A stretch of 63,934 nucleotides of DNA, filler included, from Octopus bimaculoides (lineage: Eukaryota), in the NCBI RefSeq assembly GCF_001194135.2. It is 5 parts of 4 records of this genome, joined end to end, with 100 filler letters (N's around TTAATTAATTAA, not from the genome) between each part and the next. Parts side by side here need not be neighbours in the genome. Positions count along the whole stretch, not along the records: positions 38,247 to 59,029 come from NC_068981.1; positions 59,130 to 61,694 come from NW_026314933.1; positions 61,795 to 63,934 come from NW_026343050.1; 2 more parts are not named here. One strand, written 5' to 3'. Below the pieces are notes generated by a model. The model saw only the letters and a program-made list of their open reading frames with translations. It made no database searches and had not been told where the DNA came from. Below are positions 50,951 through 63,464 of the stretch, piece by piece. The position numbers and the translations under genes were made by a program. The first letter of the stretch is position 1. Each line of letters begins with the position of its first letter.

Positions 50951-51125
50951 CGGAACTTTGCATTCATTCCACTTTAATTCTTCGCATGGTTTAAATATTA
51001 TTTCAATGACTAAATTTGCTTAAGATTATCAACTGTACCGTAGTTAGTATGTCGGTAAGCCTGCTCTATATTTATCTTCCCTTACTTTCTTAGAGAGAGA
51101 GAGATTTCTCTGTGATATATTGGTG

Positions 51126-51365
51126 CGGGCGGGGACCTGTGTTAAGAAACTTCTTTTCGAGCCACAATGTCCGTGTTCAGTCCCACTGCGTGGCACCTTC
51201 GTTGAGTGTCTTCTACTATAGCCTCGGGTCGACCAATGCTTTGGGGATTTGAGAGACGGAAACTGATAGAAGCCCGTCGTAAATATGTGTGTGTGTGTGC
51301 TTTTGTGTCTGTGTTTGATCCACCACCACTGATTTTAGCCGGTGTTGGTGCGTTTACATCACCTT
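51126..51365 (+). mobile_element. SINE family A, head, short (TG)n and start of body
   Basis: gttcagtcccactgcgtggcacc...gaagcccgtcgtaaatatgtgtgtg...ccaccaccact...ccggtgttggtgcgtttac. Confidence 0.8.
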
Positions 51366-51702
51366 GTCAGTTTTCAGATAGGTGCTTCTCCTTGGCTAAG
51401 AGTTCTTCGGACTCTTATTTCTACTAATGCAGGTGGTGAGTAGCACGCCTGATAACCTTCGTAATTCCTAAACCTGTGCCGTTTGGTTGTAAATTGCCAA
51501 AACATTTTACCGGTGAGTGTGTTAAATTATAAGGCACCAAAAGAGAATGACTCTCTCTGGACACAACAGAATATGCTTCAACACACGAACTCACATAACG
51601 AATCTTGCAAACCAAATCCCAAAACGAAATATATCCAAAGGAATTGGTATAAAAGACAGAAAACCAGCCAACTTATTACAGTCTGTTAAAGACTGTCATA
51701 CC

Positions 51703-51742
51703 GGCCATGACGAAGGGAAATAGCCCTGAAACTCGAGTCGCC
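51703..51742 (+). ncRNA. Type I hammerhead ribozyme-like motif (third family)
   Basis: GGC CAUGACGA AGGG AAAUAG CCCU GAAA C UCGA G UC GCC: stems I and II pair, helix III has a palindromic UCGA loop, GUC cleavage triplet; one extra A in the core. Confidence 0.65.
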
Positions 51743-52046
51743 TTTATATATATATATTTATATTTATATATTTATATATTTGATCCTTTATATTGAACAC
51801 TCAATATTTCATCTACATTCAATACTTTATTTCATGGTGCCATCCATTTTTATTTTATTTTATATTATATATTGTATATTATATTATATATTGTATATTC
51901 CATATTCTATACCCCACATTAGTTCTGCAGGAATATAAATAAAACATAAAAAACAGACAGTGTTGGAACTCTTTTAAGCAAAATAATATATTCCTCTATA
52001 CACAATCATACCAAAAAATCCACCTTTTTTTGTATTTATTTTTACT

Positions 52047-52081
<35 letters not shown>

Positions 52082-52249
52082 ACATGCGCAGATTATTATC
52101 TTATAGACTGTCCTCGAAAATATGTCGTACCTTTACGTGTCTTCCTTCTCTATATATTTATACCTTCGTTACACAAATTTCACAAGAATTCACTTGAATG
52201 TTGCAGATGTTGTTATTAATACAGTTTACAGATTACAATACTGCATCCT

Positions 52250-55000
52250 GCGGTAACGATCTTGAAGTGGTATAACTCATTGCATATTTTGAAGAAGTGT
52301 TATTTCTCTATGATATGAAAGATGGGAAATATATGTGTTAAAAGACAAAAATGTACATGATTAGAGGTAAATAGAAAAGCCAATGCGGCGGATTATATAT
52401 TGAAGTCAGTTGTGGGTTAAGCCTAAAAGCAGGATTCGAGAGCGCGTCAATACTTTTGTTGAGAATTTAGGCTTCATAATATTCTGATATATGGAAAATC
52501 AGGATAGGAGAGAATGTATTTAAGTGTTAAACATAAAAGCATTTTAAATATTGAAAGTGTCATTGGATTTAGTGTTAAGAGGTAAATAAATGGAATGTAT
52601 TCTTGGACCAGATAAAAATTAATTCAGTTAAAATATTCATCATTTAGCAGGTGTTTGTTGAAATTACGGCATTTATTAAATGCTTTCGTGTAAAATTAAC
52701 ATTATTATGAAGAATTTTAGAAAAACCTCTTTTCAATTATATACGACACAAAATACCATTTTCATTTTCTGCATAGTCTGGAACTCTCGAGGATCTTCGA
52801 ATTGATATTGAAATCAATATATTGTACCTATTTGTTTTACGAAGGTTAAACCAAACGGAGTAAGAAATATGATTGATCTTTTTTGTCTTTTTTAATAGTA
52901 TCTTCCGTCGTATCTATCGGGCGTTTCCACACATACACACATGCACACAGACACACACAGATACACACATCCACAAACTTGTATACACACGAGTGCACAT
53001 AGACACACACACAAATAGTTCATTTTTTTTTTTAGAGATATTATGCCATAAATCACAGCACTTTTGTTCCATGATTGATCAACTGGTCATGTGTATCTGC
53101 CTCTATCTGCTGCTAATCTCAGCTAATTTAGTTGATGTATACGTTATACAGTAAGTATTGTCATATTAAATGTTGAAGTGTGTATCTGTTTAACTTAGGT
53201 TCCATAAAATAGTTGTTGGTAACGGTGATTGATTTGGAAATTCTTATCTATTAATGCTAGAATGTATTTACTATATTAGAGAGAACTTATAAGGAAAATA
53301 TGTGTAAAGCAGGTGATAGTGAGGCGTCTATCTATAGTATTCAATACCGAGACTTCACGTGACACTGATGAACCTGCCTTTATATTAAATAGATTTAAGT
53401 TGGGTTTGTGATATTAGGTAATATTTCATTTCTTGGGTTCATTTATTGTATGACAGCTTGGAGAGTTTCATCTGATATTATCAATCAGGTTTTCAGAGAC
53501 TATGAGAAGATGTCAGAAGACTGTATTAATGCATGCGCATTTTTGATTAGTTCACCTTAAGGTTTGGATCTATAAATAGTTACGTCGAAGACAATATCTA
53601 ATACATTTATGCTACTTAGGCTAGTGTTGATATTTAATTTTTGGTTTCTGAAATATATGTGTTAAAAGAGTTTATGCAATATATTTTCATTGGTTTGATA
53701 TATGGTGAACCCCTCATCGTTATATCTCTTTCATGTTTATTTTGATAGGTAATATTTCGTATTATATTATGTATTGTTATACATATATATATATATATTT
53801 CAAGGTTTTAAATTTTTATATTTAAAAGAGATAGAGACTTCGAACTCGACAGATCCGTGTATATATATATATATAATTATGTGTATTTCTTCTATCTTAA
53901 TGAATAAAAATTCTTCTGATATAATAAATGGGTTAATAGAAACCAATGTAGCAAAGAACACAAAATAATCGTGGTTAGCTCCTGTTTTTAAGGCAGGAAC
54001 TCCTTGAAATTTTGGGTGTTTGAGTATATTTAAGAATTTAAGGATTGGAGAAAACGCATGTTATAATTTTATTCCTACATATGTTTCAAAGGATAACAAC
54101 CTGTGTGATCCATAGGGATCTTTGATATTAAAATTGTAACCTTCTCATCAGGGAAAGCATGGGAATCATCTTAAACGTAAGACATTATGACCGATTATAA
54201 TCTCTTAAAGAGACGATATGAGTGAGTTAAATATAGGGTAATAGAAGCGGTTACTATAAGGAGTTACTTTGGAAAAGTATGGATATAAGAGATATAAAAG
54301 GAAATAAGACAATATAAATAAAATTAAAGATATATGTACAATGTTACAGTTGCAGTTCCATTATCCAAGGAAAGTGCTGTGTCATTGAATGGGTAGGAAT
54401 GCTTCTTGTCCACGCAATGTAGATTCCGATAGGATTTCATATTTTGTTATTACAATAATAAAATATGAATTCCATTACAGTTTGCGGGAACTTCGTTTTA
54501 CTGATATGTGGAACATAACATGGATTATAGGTAGGTCACTTGTTCTGAATGTTTTGTTACTGGTCCTGGTAGAAACTGTTTCCCTATGAGAAGAATAATT
54601 TCATTCCTGGCTCAACGGAGTGTCTCAGAATGTTCAGGGTCTTCTTTACCATCATCAAATGCATCTCTTTGTTCTTAGCTATCAGAAACTGTCCCTTGCG
54701 CCTTTGTACAAGTAGTAGCAAAGATATTCTTTGAGGCTGAGCTTTATGCTGGTGACTACAAAATACATCTCACTCGCCAAAACCGGGATTGCCTTGCTCG
54801 GATCTTCTATCATGTTGCTTTACGTACTCCGATAAATTCAGGCATGCGGAACGACGCAGAACGCCTGTTATGTCACTTAGTGCTGGCTACGGTTTCCATG
54901 GATGCTGCCCCTGTCTCTCATATAACATTAACAGTACTCACATAGCTTTGAGCCCCAGTCAAGATCACGTGGTGATGATATCCGGCGCGAATTATCCTGA
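52250..55000 (-). mobile_element. Possible very old CR1-like LINE relic
   Basis: Only scattered motif-like stretches (IVIT..E, LDIVF, SP.PD) in roughly the right order, with many stops; weak. Confidence 0.25.
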
Positions 55001-56849
55001 TACAGGCAATTGTTTTCCAATATTAACCTAGCATTCAGTCCTCCATATCAGCTATCTTTTTCTCAGCTATAACTACAAGTTTCTGTTTTCCAACATAATT
55101 GAATTTTCAGCAATCCCTCATCAAATGACAGGTATCATGTCAGTGTATAATATATTTATATTCATAAAACATATAAAGAAACACCGGACACAATGGAGCA
55201 TAAAACACAGAAGATCGCTGAAAGTTCTATTCTGGAGTGTTCATAATAGTTCCGATGTAAAAAAGATAGACCCGAATAAGATGCAGAATTTACGTCTTCA
55301 GTCCTGATATGACAATTTGGTTGATAGAAGAAAGACATCACAGATAGAATTCGTAAATGAAAAATAAAAAGAAAGGAAAATTTATGCAGTGCCTCTTTCA
55401 TCAATTGTAGCATAATTCTCGCAGTTCTCTATATCAAACTTATTCAGAATGAGTTTTGTGATATATATAGGGATGTGTTTCCTTGAGCATTTCTCAAACA
55501 AAAAATGAATACCATGTTTTATGTACTACACAGTATAAGTTATGCTATGACAAGCATCCCTACTGCTTCTAAGAAGTACTATACAGCAATGCATTAGAGT
55601 AGCTGAAGCAGTTCTAGACGTAGTTACACTTCTTCTCTGGAAAGTCTCCTTCTAAGATATTGCCAATACGTAAATAATTCTAAAATTGAAAGCAAACCAT
55701 TTTCAATTACAATTAAAATTAAAACTTCTTATATTTGAAACATATGTATTCCCGGAAGTATTTTTATACTTTTCAAAGACATGTTAATTTTGGTAATACA
55801 TGAATAACAGATCAGATTTAATGATAGGATAATTACAAGTTACTAATTTAATAAAAGTTACTAGTGTGATAATAATTGGAAGTCAACAAAATTACCACTG
55901 TGCAGTAACAAGTAGATAATTAGTTGCCTCTGTTCCGAAATGACGACGGATCATCTACCTTAAAAAGTGAAAGACATTATTAATATAAACTTGATCTATC
56001 ATCTTTCCTTACAAAATATAGAAAAGAGTAAAAGAACAAAACTACTCAATATGAAGTACATTTTTTTTAAATGAAGTTGTGAGGCAAATTTGAAAAGCCG
56101 TAGCATGTTTTCAAACGCGGGGAAGAATCCCATTATCAGAAAGTTTAATAAAGTAGTATTCTAACTAAATGATTGATCAGAAATATTTACGAAACACTGT
56201 CACCTAGACGCATGACTATTAAAAGATTATAGTGCATTCAACTATCACGCTCAATGGATCAACACTTCAATTTGCATTATATAACGCACAATCATACAGT
56301 CAATATTTATTATATTAATCTTATCTTCTTTCATTAATCTTAAAGTTCTGATATCATTAACATTTAAATATTTATCAGCCGAAGTCATTTCCATACATCA
56401 GAAATTTTAATAATTAATTATTCACCAAACTCTTTTCCACGTAATCTATTTTAACTTTGAGACTTAAATAGCTATAGAAACACAATTTGAATAACAACGC
56501 AAGAATTACACTTCCTATTTAATTTTATGCTGCATTCTTCATGTGCGTCTGCGTACGTAACACTATATTTTCCTATGCATGAATAAACTAGAGGGATAGA
56601 GGAAATTACACTGGGGTTTGTCTCAGGCACAGAATATCATGTTTGGAGTGATTCCAGACAATAGTTATAAAAAATGTTTTAGTGTCCTACTTGCATTTCA
56701 AATTCACTCATCCACTCACTGGCTGGCTATATCTTCATGCATACACAAATACATACATACAGACATACACAATATTGTCACACGAGCACGCACACACACA
56801 CACACACACGCATACACACACACTCATAAACACATAAACATACAATGAC

Positions 56850-56917
<68 letters not shown>
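56850..56917 (+). repeat. (ATA)n microsatellite
   Basis: Direct inspection; a second (AAT)n tract lies at 57137-57183. Confidence 0.95.
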
Positions 56918-56919
<2 letters not shown>

Positions 56920-57136
56920 TCAAAATTAAAAGATGAGTGACATTTTTTATCTAGTGAACGATATTTCGACATATTGGGTGTCTTCAACTGGTTCAAAAAA
57001 TAAATTTGTCAATCTACTTCATTTCGGTTAATATAGGAAGGATTGAGGTAAGTCTTCCTGAAGATATAGAGTCAAAATTAAAAGAAGAGTGCCATTGGTA
57101 TCTACTGAATGATATTTCGATATCTTGTGTATCTTC

Positions 57137-57185
<49 letters not shown>

Positions 57186-57194
57186 GCCGACTAA

Positions 57195-58030
57195 GTAACA
57201 CCCAGCGTGGTTGACAATGGGTACGACAGTGCTGTGCTTGAAAAACATCGGAAAAGGCAAAATGGTAGACAATTACAGGCGAGTATCCTGCTTGCGAAAT
57301 ATGTAGAAATTATTGACTGAAATTATTGAGTCAACTTACGGAAACGTGGGAAAAAAAGGAAGCCGCACGAGCATAAGAGTTGCAAGCGGAAGTATAGAGG
57401 TACCAAGGTTCAACTCCTGGTAGACACAACTGTATTAGAGACTGCAAGAGGTCGAAAACTGACTTAGCCATGTCGTGGATCGATTATCGTAAGACCACAA
57501 AAAAGATTCATGCTGGAAGAGAAGAATACAGGCAGGGTTAGATATGCTCAAGAAGGAAATTTCTCTGTTAGACCGAAAAGAGAAAAAAGGAGCTTAAAAG
57601 CGAACAAAAATACAGGGCGCTGAAAATGAATATTGGAAGAAAGGGCCTGAAAGTGGTAATGGAGGAACTGAAGCAGTGCCTCATTGTAAAGAAAGCAAAG
57701 ACGGAAAGATACGACTAAAGAATTAAGTGTTACCACCAATATAGGTTATTCAGAATAGATCAGAAGAGATTCTATAAAGATAATAAATGGAGAGTGTGCA
57801 AATAAAAAGTTGATACTAGATAACATTGAAAGTCAAAGTTTTTTGAATGACATCTGGAGCACAAGAAGGATTCTGAATGGTTGCAAGAATGGTTGCAAGA
57901 ACTGTCCAACACTGGCAGAACTAATCATTTCAGTTAGTATAGTGAAGGAAATCAGCAGGAAATGAGCAACTGGAAGCCCCCGGGACAAGATGGAATTCAG
58001 GGTTACTGGATCAGAAGATTTGGAGAAATC
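57195..58030 (+). mobile_element. R4/Dong-like non-LTR element, two RT-region blocks
   Basis: Block 57195-57500: [56 protein letters not shown]. Block 57500-58030: EELKQCL..RLFRIDQKRFYK..NWKPPGQDGIQGYWIR. Confidence 0.85.
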
Positions 58031-58480
58031 ATGAAACACTGTTTTTTGCATTTTCTTTTGATTTGAAATGTTTGCCTTCAAAATGTTGTTTAATGCTTGG
58101 AAAACGTGTTAGTTAGGTGGTGCAAAGTCTGGTGAATATGGTGGATTGCAAAGTACTTCCAGGTTCAGTTCCTGCAGCTTGAGTAGCGTTCTTCGAGCAA
58201 CATGTGGTCGAGCATTGTCTTGCAAGAGAATTGGTCTGTTACTATTGACCAATCTCGTTTGTTTAATTGCAAGTTCACTCTTCATTTCATCCAACTGGTT
58301 GTTGTATACCACCGATGTAATTACCTTACGAGGTCTCATGAAGCTGGAGTGGATGACACCAACGCTGGACCACCAAGGACACCATTAGCATTTTTTGAAT
58401 GTTCTTTTTTGAATTGCCAGAATAAAACATTAGAATTAACGACTATCAAATATGGTGCATAAGAAAATTGAACATTTCAT
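58030..58480 (-). mobile_element. Mariner transposase pseudogene fragment (catalytic region)
   Basis: PILLQDNARPHVARRTLLKLQELNLEVLCNPPYSPDFAPPN carries the mariner DN and YSPD.AP motifs. Confidence 0.9.
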
Positions 58481-58942
58481 TCTTAATGACAATATGTCAA
58501 AATAAATTCAGTAAACTAAGAGAATTCATTGGTTCTTAAGTCGACAGCTGTTTCAAGAAGCACGAAATTATATGTTATTCCCAAAATTGGATCCATGATG
58601 ATGTTGGTGTTGATGATTAACAAATATTGCAAATAATTATTTCCTTAATTTTAGAAGGTTTGCGGTAATATGTGTCTCAAATTTGTCTGAACGTACACAC
58701 TTTCAGCGTACTTTTTTGTTGTTTCTTCCTTGAGAAGAGATTTAGGAAGATAATAATTGCTCTTTGTATATATTAGTTGTGATCTTTCATGGTGGACTTT
58801 TTGATATAAGAAATCTAGTTATCTCAATAGGTATTAGACGGACGGGTATGAAATAAATACAGAAAAGGAATTATATGACATTACACTATGGTAAGCAGAC
58901 TGTTTACTCGCGATGTATTCTTATGCACATACATACATACCT

Positions 58943-59029
<87 letters not shown>

Positions 59030-59129
59030 NNNNNNNNNNNNNNNNNNNNNNNNNNNNNNNNNNNNNNNNNNNNTTAATTAATTAANNNNNNNNNNNNNNN
59101 NNNNNNNNNNNNNNNNNNNNNNNNNNNNN
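59030..59129. other. Artificial 100-bp assembly spacer N44-TTAATTAATTAA-N44
   Basis: Same structure as 20591-20690. Confidence 0.95.
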
Positions 59130-59186
59130 GTAGGCAGACGAAAGAAAGGCATTCAACACATTTATTGGGAGTTACATGGTTAGATA

Positions 59187-59324
59187 AAAACAGTTTGATT
59201 CAGACTCCTTAGTTTTCTGGGTTTCAAGCGTGTGGCTAATCTTTGGCCATCGGGGCCATGGTGGACGAGGCCTAGCCACACACTTCGGACTCAGATTACC
59301 AAGGGGTCTGAATCAAACTGTTTT
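59187..59324. mobile_element. 138-bp fold-back hairpin / mini-MITE
   Basis: AAAACAGTTTGATTCAGACTCCTT vs AAGGGGTCTGAATCAAACTGTTTT (23/24 complementary), plus an inner stem tctgggtttcaagcgtgtggcta / tagccacacacttcggactcaga. Confidence 0.8.
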
Positions 59325-59498
59325 GGTATTTACACAACACATAGCATCCATCACACAGCACCCATCACCGATCACATGGCAGCTTCCATACATCACATAG
59401 CATCCATATATCCATCCATATATATTTATTTCCATATTGGCATTTGCCATGATTGACCGCTAAACCTTTTTTATTTTCTCTATGCTTATTTATCTGTT

Positions 59499-59536
59499 CG
59501 TTTCTGTCGAAGATCGTAGGCTCGGAACGTAAAAGA
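59499..59536 (+). ncRNA. Degenerate hammerhead-like motif (family of 23650)
   Basis: CGUUU CUGUCGA A GAU CGUAGG CUC GGAA CGU A AAAGA, followed by the shared ctttctcacttccccgagcgttaaactaatacatc. Confidence 0.55.
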
Positions 59537-59870
59537 CTTTCTCACTTCCCCGAGCGTTAAACTAATACATCNNNNNNNNNNNNNNNNNNNNNNNNNNNNN
59601 NNNNNNNNNNNNNNNNNNNNNNNNNNNNNNNNNNNNNNNNNNNNNNNNNNNNNNNNNNNNNNNNNNNNNNNNNNNNNNNNNNNNNNNNNNNNNNNNNNNN
59701 NNNNNNNNNNNNNNNNNNNNNNNNNNNNNNNNNNNNNNNNNNNNNNNNNNNNNNNNNNNNNNNNNNNNNNNNNNNNNNNNNNNNNNNNNNNNNNNNNNNN
59801 NNNNNNNNNNNNNNNNNNNNNNNNNNNNNNNNNNNNNNNNNNNNNNNNNNNNNNNNNNNNNNNNNNATAC

Positions 59871-59925
<55 letters not shown>

Positions 59926-60289
59926 GGGACGATAGTGTTAAGAAAAATTGGCTGCGTGTTGTTGTCATGGACCAAACGATGTCTGTTGAGCGATTACCGC
60001 ATCCGACCACAATGTATTTCTTACAAGAAATACCGAAACTATCCTTCGGATAATAAAGAACTAGAAATATAAGTATGTGGAGATGGAAAACGAGAAACAC
60101 AAACAGTCTTCATACCCTAAGAAGGACTATTAAAAGAGGTAGAGAAATACATAATCAAAATATATAACTATACAGACCCTTTATGCATATTATATTGAAT
60201 GCCTTTAAAGAGAGGAATGGACTCTACAAGAAGTGCTTTTGACAGTATCCTTCACTTTCGAATCCTAGAAACACAAACAAGATAACACG

Positions 60290-60925
60290 AATAATAAGAA
60301 AAGAGTTTACATGAAACATTTAAGGAATAAGTGGCAAACAATTTTGAGGATATGCACACACACACAGACAATCTCTCTCTCTCTCTCTCCATACCTTTTG
60401 TGTGATAGCAATGGTTAATCTAAGGTGGATTTAGACAACGAAAATCTGCAGCCCTGAGAAATGGGGGATTTAATGCTGAGACTGAAAAGTTCTTGATTGA
60501 GATACGAAATCAAAGCCTTCTCACTTAAACTTACCAGAAGCATGTCATGAGGCAGAAGTAAGTGCAGAATATATGGAGAGGAGTAGAAAATGAACGAATT
60601 GTCTCTTTGTCCAGTTTCAGTCAAGAAAGAACAGAGTTACACGGTTGGGATTTACACAAATTGGAAAATCATACTTGTATTATGAAATATCAACGGAGAA
60701 AAAATGGTGTAGGTATGCACCATGAAAAAGGTGCCAGAGAATGCTAAAGCGTAGACACTGTGAGATAAAAGATGACACATGTACATGAAGATCGAAGACA
60801 ATCGATGAGATATTGATGCTAAGGACCACCACAAGAAGAAATACTTATTAATCAATGGATCATTATCATCAGAAGATAATGATGGATTTCAAAGAAATGG
60901 TGCAAGTTATTCAAATATTAAATTA
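60290..60925 (+). mobile_element. Decayed R4/Dong-like element, C-terminal/RLE region
   Basis: NAETEKFLIEIRNQSL (cf. AETEGFIIAAQDQSL); AKDHHKKKYLLIN..S.DND (cf. RPDIV.KD.K.K.CLLID). Confidence 0.65.
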
Positions 60926-61339
60926 TACATATATACAGGCATACACACAAGCACGCAAAATTACCCTGTTGATGTTGAAATTCCAATGAAGGAACTTTGG
61001 ATCCAGGTTAGAAACCGGTTCTTTTTCTATTGGCAAGAAATCTTGAAATAAACTGAATAATGACATCCATCCATACACGCACACATATATACCTGCATCC
61101 ATAATTGTAAATACAGGTTTTGTAGAACAGACAAGAGAAATAGAATTCAATGCACGAGCCTATATGCGATTATATTTTTACTTGATGCCGATTAAGAAAT
61201 TAAAACACACACTTATATCGATATGGATGAAAGTCTCATATGATACACATCAGAAATAAAAATAGGTTAAAATCGACAGGAGAATCCAGTGTGTGTGCGT
61301 GCGTGCGTGCGTGCGTGCGTTAACGCAGTATCTTCTAAC

Positions 61340-61480
61340 AGACACAAGGCAACCAAATGATGGAGGGTGAATGACGGGGTGTAGTCGATTAAATTAACAC
61401 CAACATTTGGCTGGGATTTTATTTTATGAAAACAAATTTGTTCTCAGCAGGATTTGAACCCAGAATGTACAAGATCGTAA
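61340..61480 (-). mobile_element. SINE family B, degenerate
   Basis: gacacaaggc...gtagtcgattaaattaacacc...aggatttgaacccagaatgt. Confidence 0.5.
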
Positions 61481-61694
61481 CTAAATCCACTCTACCGAAT
61501 CTACCAATCCGCTCCCACAACTTCCGGAGTTCACTAAAAACAATAATTAAGCAGCAATAACACACTGATCGGCTACAAGAGCCTGTATTAACTCGTCCTA
61601 AAAGTGTTAGACTTGTGCCTCGCCAAAAGCAGTCGCCCACACAATAGTCATCTCGATAGAAATCACTGGGAATGAAGGATGTTTGCTATTTACA

Positions 61695-61794
61695 NNNNNN
61701 NNNNNNNNNNNNNNNNNNNNNNNNNNNNNNNNNNNNNNTTAATTAATTAANNNNNNNNNNNNNNNNNNNNNNNNNNNNNNNNNNNNNNNNNNNN
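61695..61794. other. Artificial 100-bp assembly spacer N44-TTAATTAATTAA-N44
   Basis: Same structure as 20591-20690. Confidence 0.95.
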
Positions 61795-62130
61795 ATGTGC
61801 ATCTCTGATCATGAGCAGAAGTAGTGGGGGAGCATCGTAGCCATTGTTGAGAGGAATTCTTCGGGGTTTCATTCAACATCCTTAAACGACCCTTATTCAA
61901 GGACCATTTTAGCAGGACGGGCTACTCGACCCGAAGAAAATTCTAACCGGACCCTACCCGCAAAGGCATGCGCTGTTTATCTTGATATGAGATCACCATG
62001 TCGCGCACATATGGTTTTGATGTACGTGCCTGGTGTACCCTTATTAGACGGGTATTCATGATGGGTATACTGGGTTTCGTATATTTTGCCTCAGTGTAAC
62101 CTCGATGGCATGCACTGCTCTCTCACTCAT
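61795..62130 (+). mobile_element. Interspersed repeat family F (SINE-like), 3' part
   Basis: atgtgcatctctgatcatgagcagaagtagtggggg...gatggcatgcactgctctctcactca followed by a simple-repeat tail; partial second copy at 37550. Confidence 0.6.
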
Positions 62131-62532
62131 ACATACATACATAAATACATACATACATATATACATACATGCATACATACACACATACATGTGTATGTGT
62201 ACGTATAAATAGAAAGAAGCCAGATAAACACAAGCCGCCTTAATGGATATATTTACATGGATTACATATAAACGAAAGGTACTATGTAATAGTCTATTCT
62301 TGACAGCTGTTTCGAGTGACTAATGACTTATGCCATATTCATGGCTCTTTATGTAATGAAGGACCATAATGTCATAGGTGTACAGATCAGTGAGGCAAAA
62401 TCATAATATTCTCATGAGAACACTGGTAAAAAGCGCAAAATCTTATTGCAATGCAGTGTTTACAAATATATTGGTCAACGGGTAGTGTGTATGTATGTAC
62501 ATACACACACGTGCACGCACACACACGGGCAA

Positions 62533-62571
<39 letters not shown>

Positions 62572-62719
62572 TACTGACAATTATTAATGTATATGTGTAC
62601 ATAAATCAAATCTAGGAGACGTAAAAGACAAAAATATATATATATATTTATAAAGAAGGGTACTTGCCCTTAGGTTTTTAATTGTTAATGGGCCACCTAT
62701 GTTGTTATATGTATATATA

Positions 62720-62753
<34 letters not shown>

Positions 62754-63464
62754 GATATGCAGGGCAGGGAATCGTCAATTAGTAATAAAATTAATAATTA
62801 ACAATTTTGCCGGGTAGCTCAGTATGAAAAAACCTTTTCGGTAAAAAACATTTAAAATCATAAATATATAGGGATTGACAGCAACCTGCTTCTCCAACAT
62901 ACTGAGAATTCAGAAATAGCAGNNNNNNNNNNNNNNNNNNNNNNNNNNNNNNNNNNNNNNNNNNNNNNNNNNNNNNNNNNNNNNNNNNNNNNNNNNNNNN
63001 NNNNNNNNNNNNNNNNNNNNNNNNNNNNNNNNNNNNNNNNNNNNNNNNNNNNNNNNNNNNNNNNNNNNNNNNNNNNNNNNNNNNNNNNNNNNNNNNNNNN
63101 NNNNNNNNNNNNNNNNNNNNNNNNNNNNNNNNNNNNNNNNNNNNNNNNNNNNNNNNNNNNNNNNNNNNNNNNNNNNNNNNNNNNNNNNNNNNNNNNNNNN
63201 NNNNNNNNNNNNNNNNNNNNNNNNNNNNNNNNNNNNNNNNNNNNNNNNNNNNNNNNNNNNNNNNNNNNNNNNNNNNNNNNNNNNNNNNNNNNNNNNNNNN
63301 NNNNNNNNNNNNNNNNNNNNNNNNNNNNNNNNNNNNNNNNNNNNNNNNNNNNNNNNNNNNNNNNNNNNNNNNNNNNNNNNNNNNNNNNNNNNATGTGTAT
63401 GTATGTATATGCATATATACATATATATATATATATGTGTGTGTGTATGTATGTATGTATGTAT

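Noticed and set aside
60001-60051. Three-way junction ATCCGA/TCGGAT plus GTATTTC/GAAATAC followed by GAAAC
   Set aside because: The geometry is hammerhead-like, but the 7-nt core is CCACAAT and there is no NUH site; too degenerate to call.
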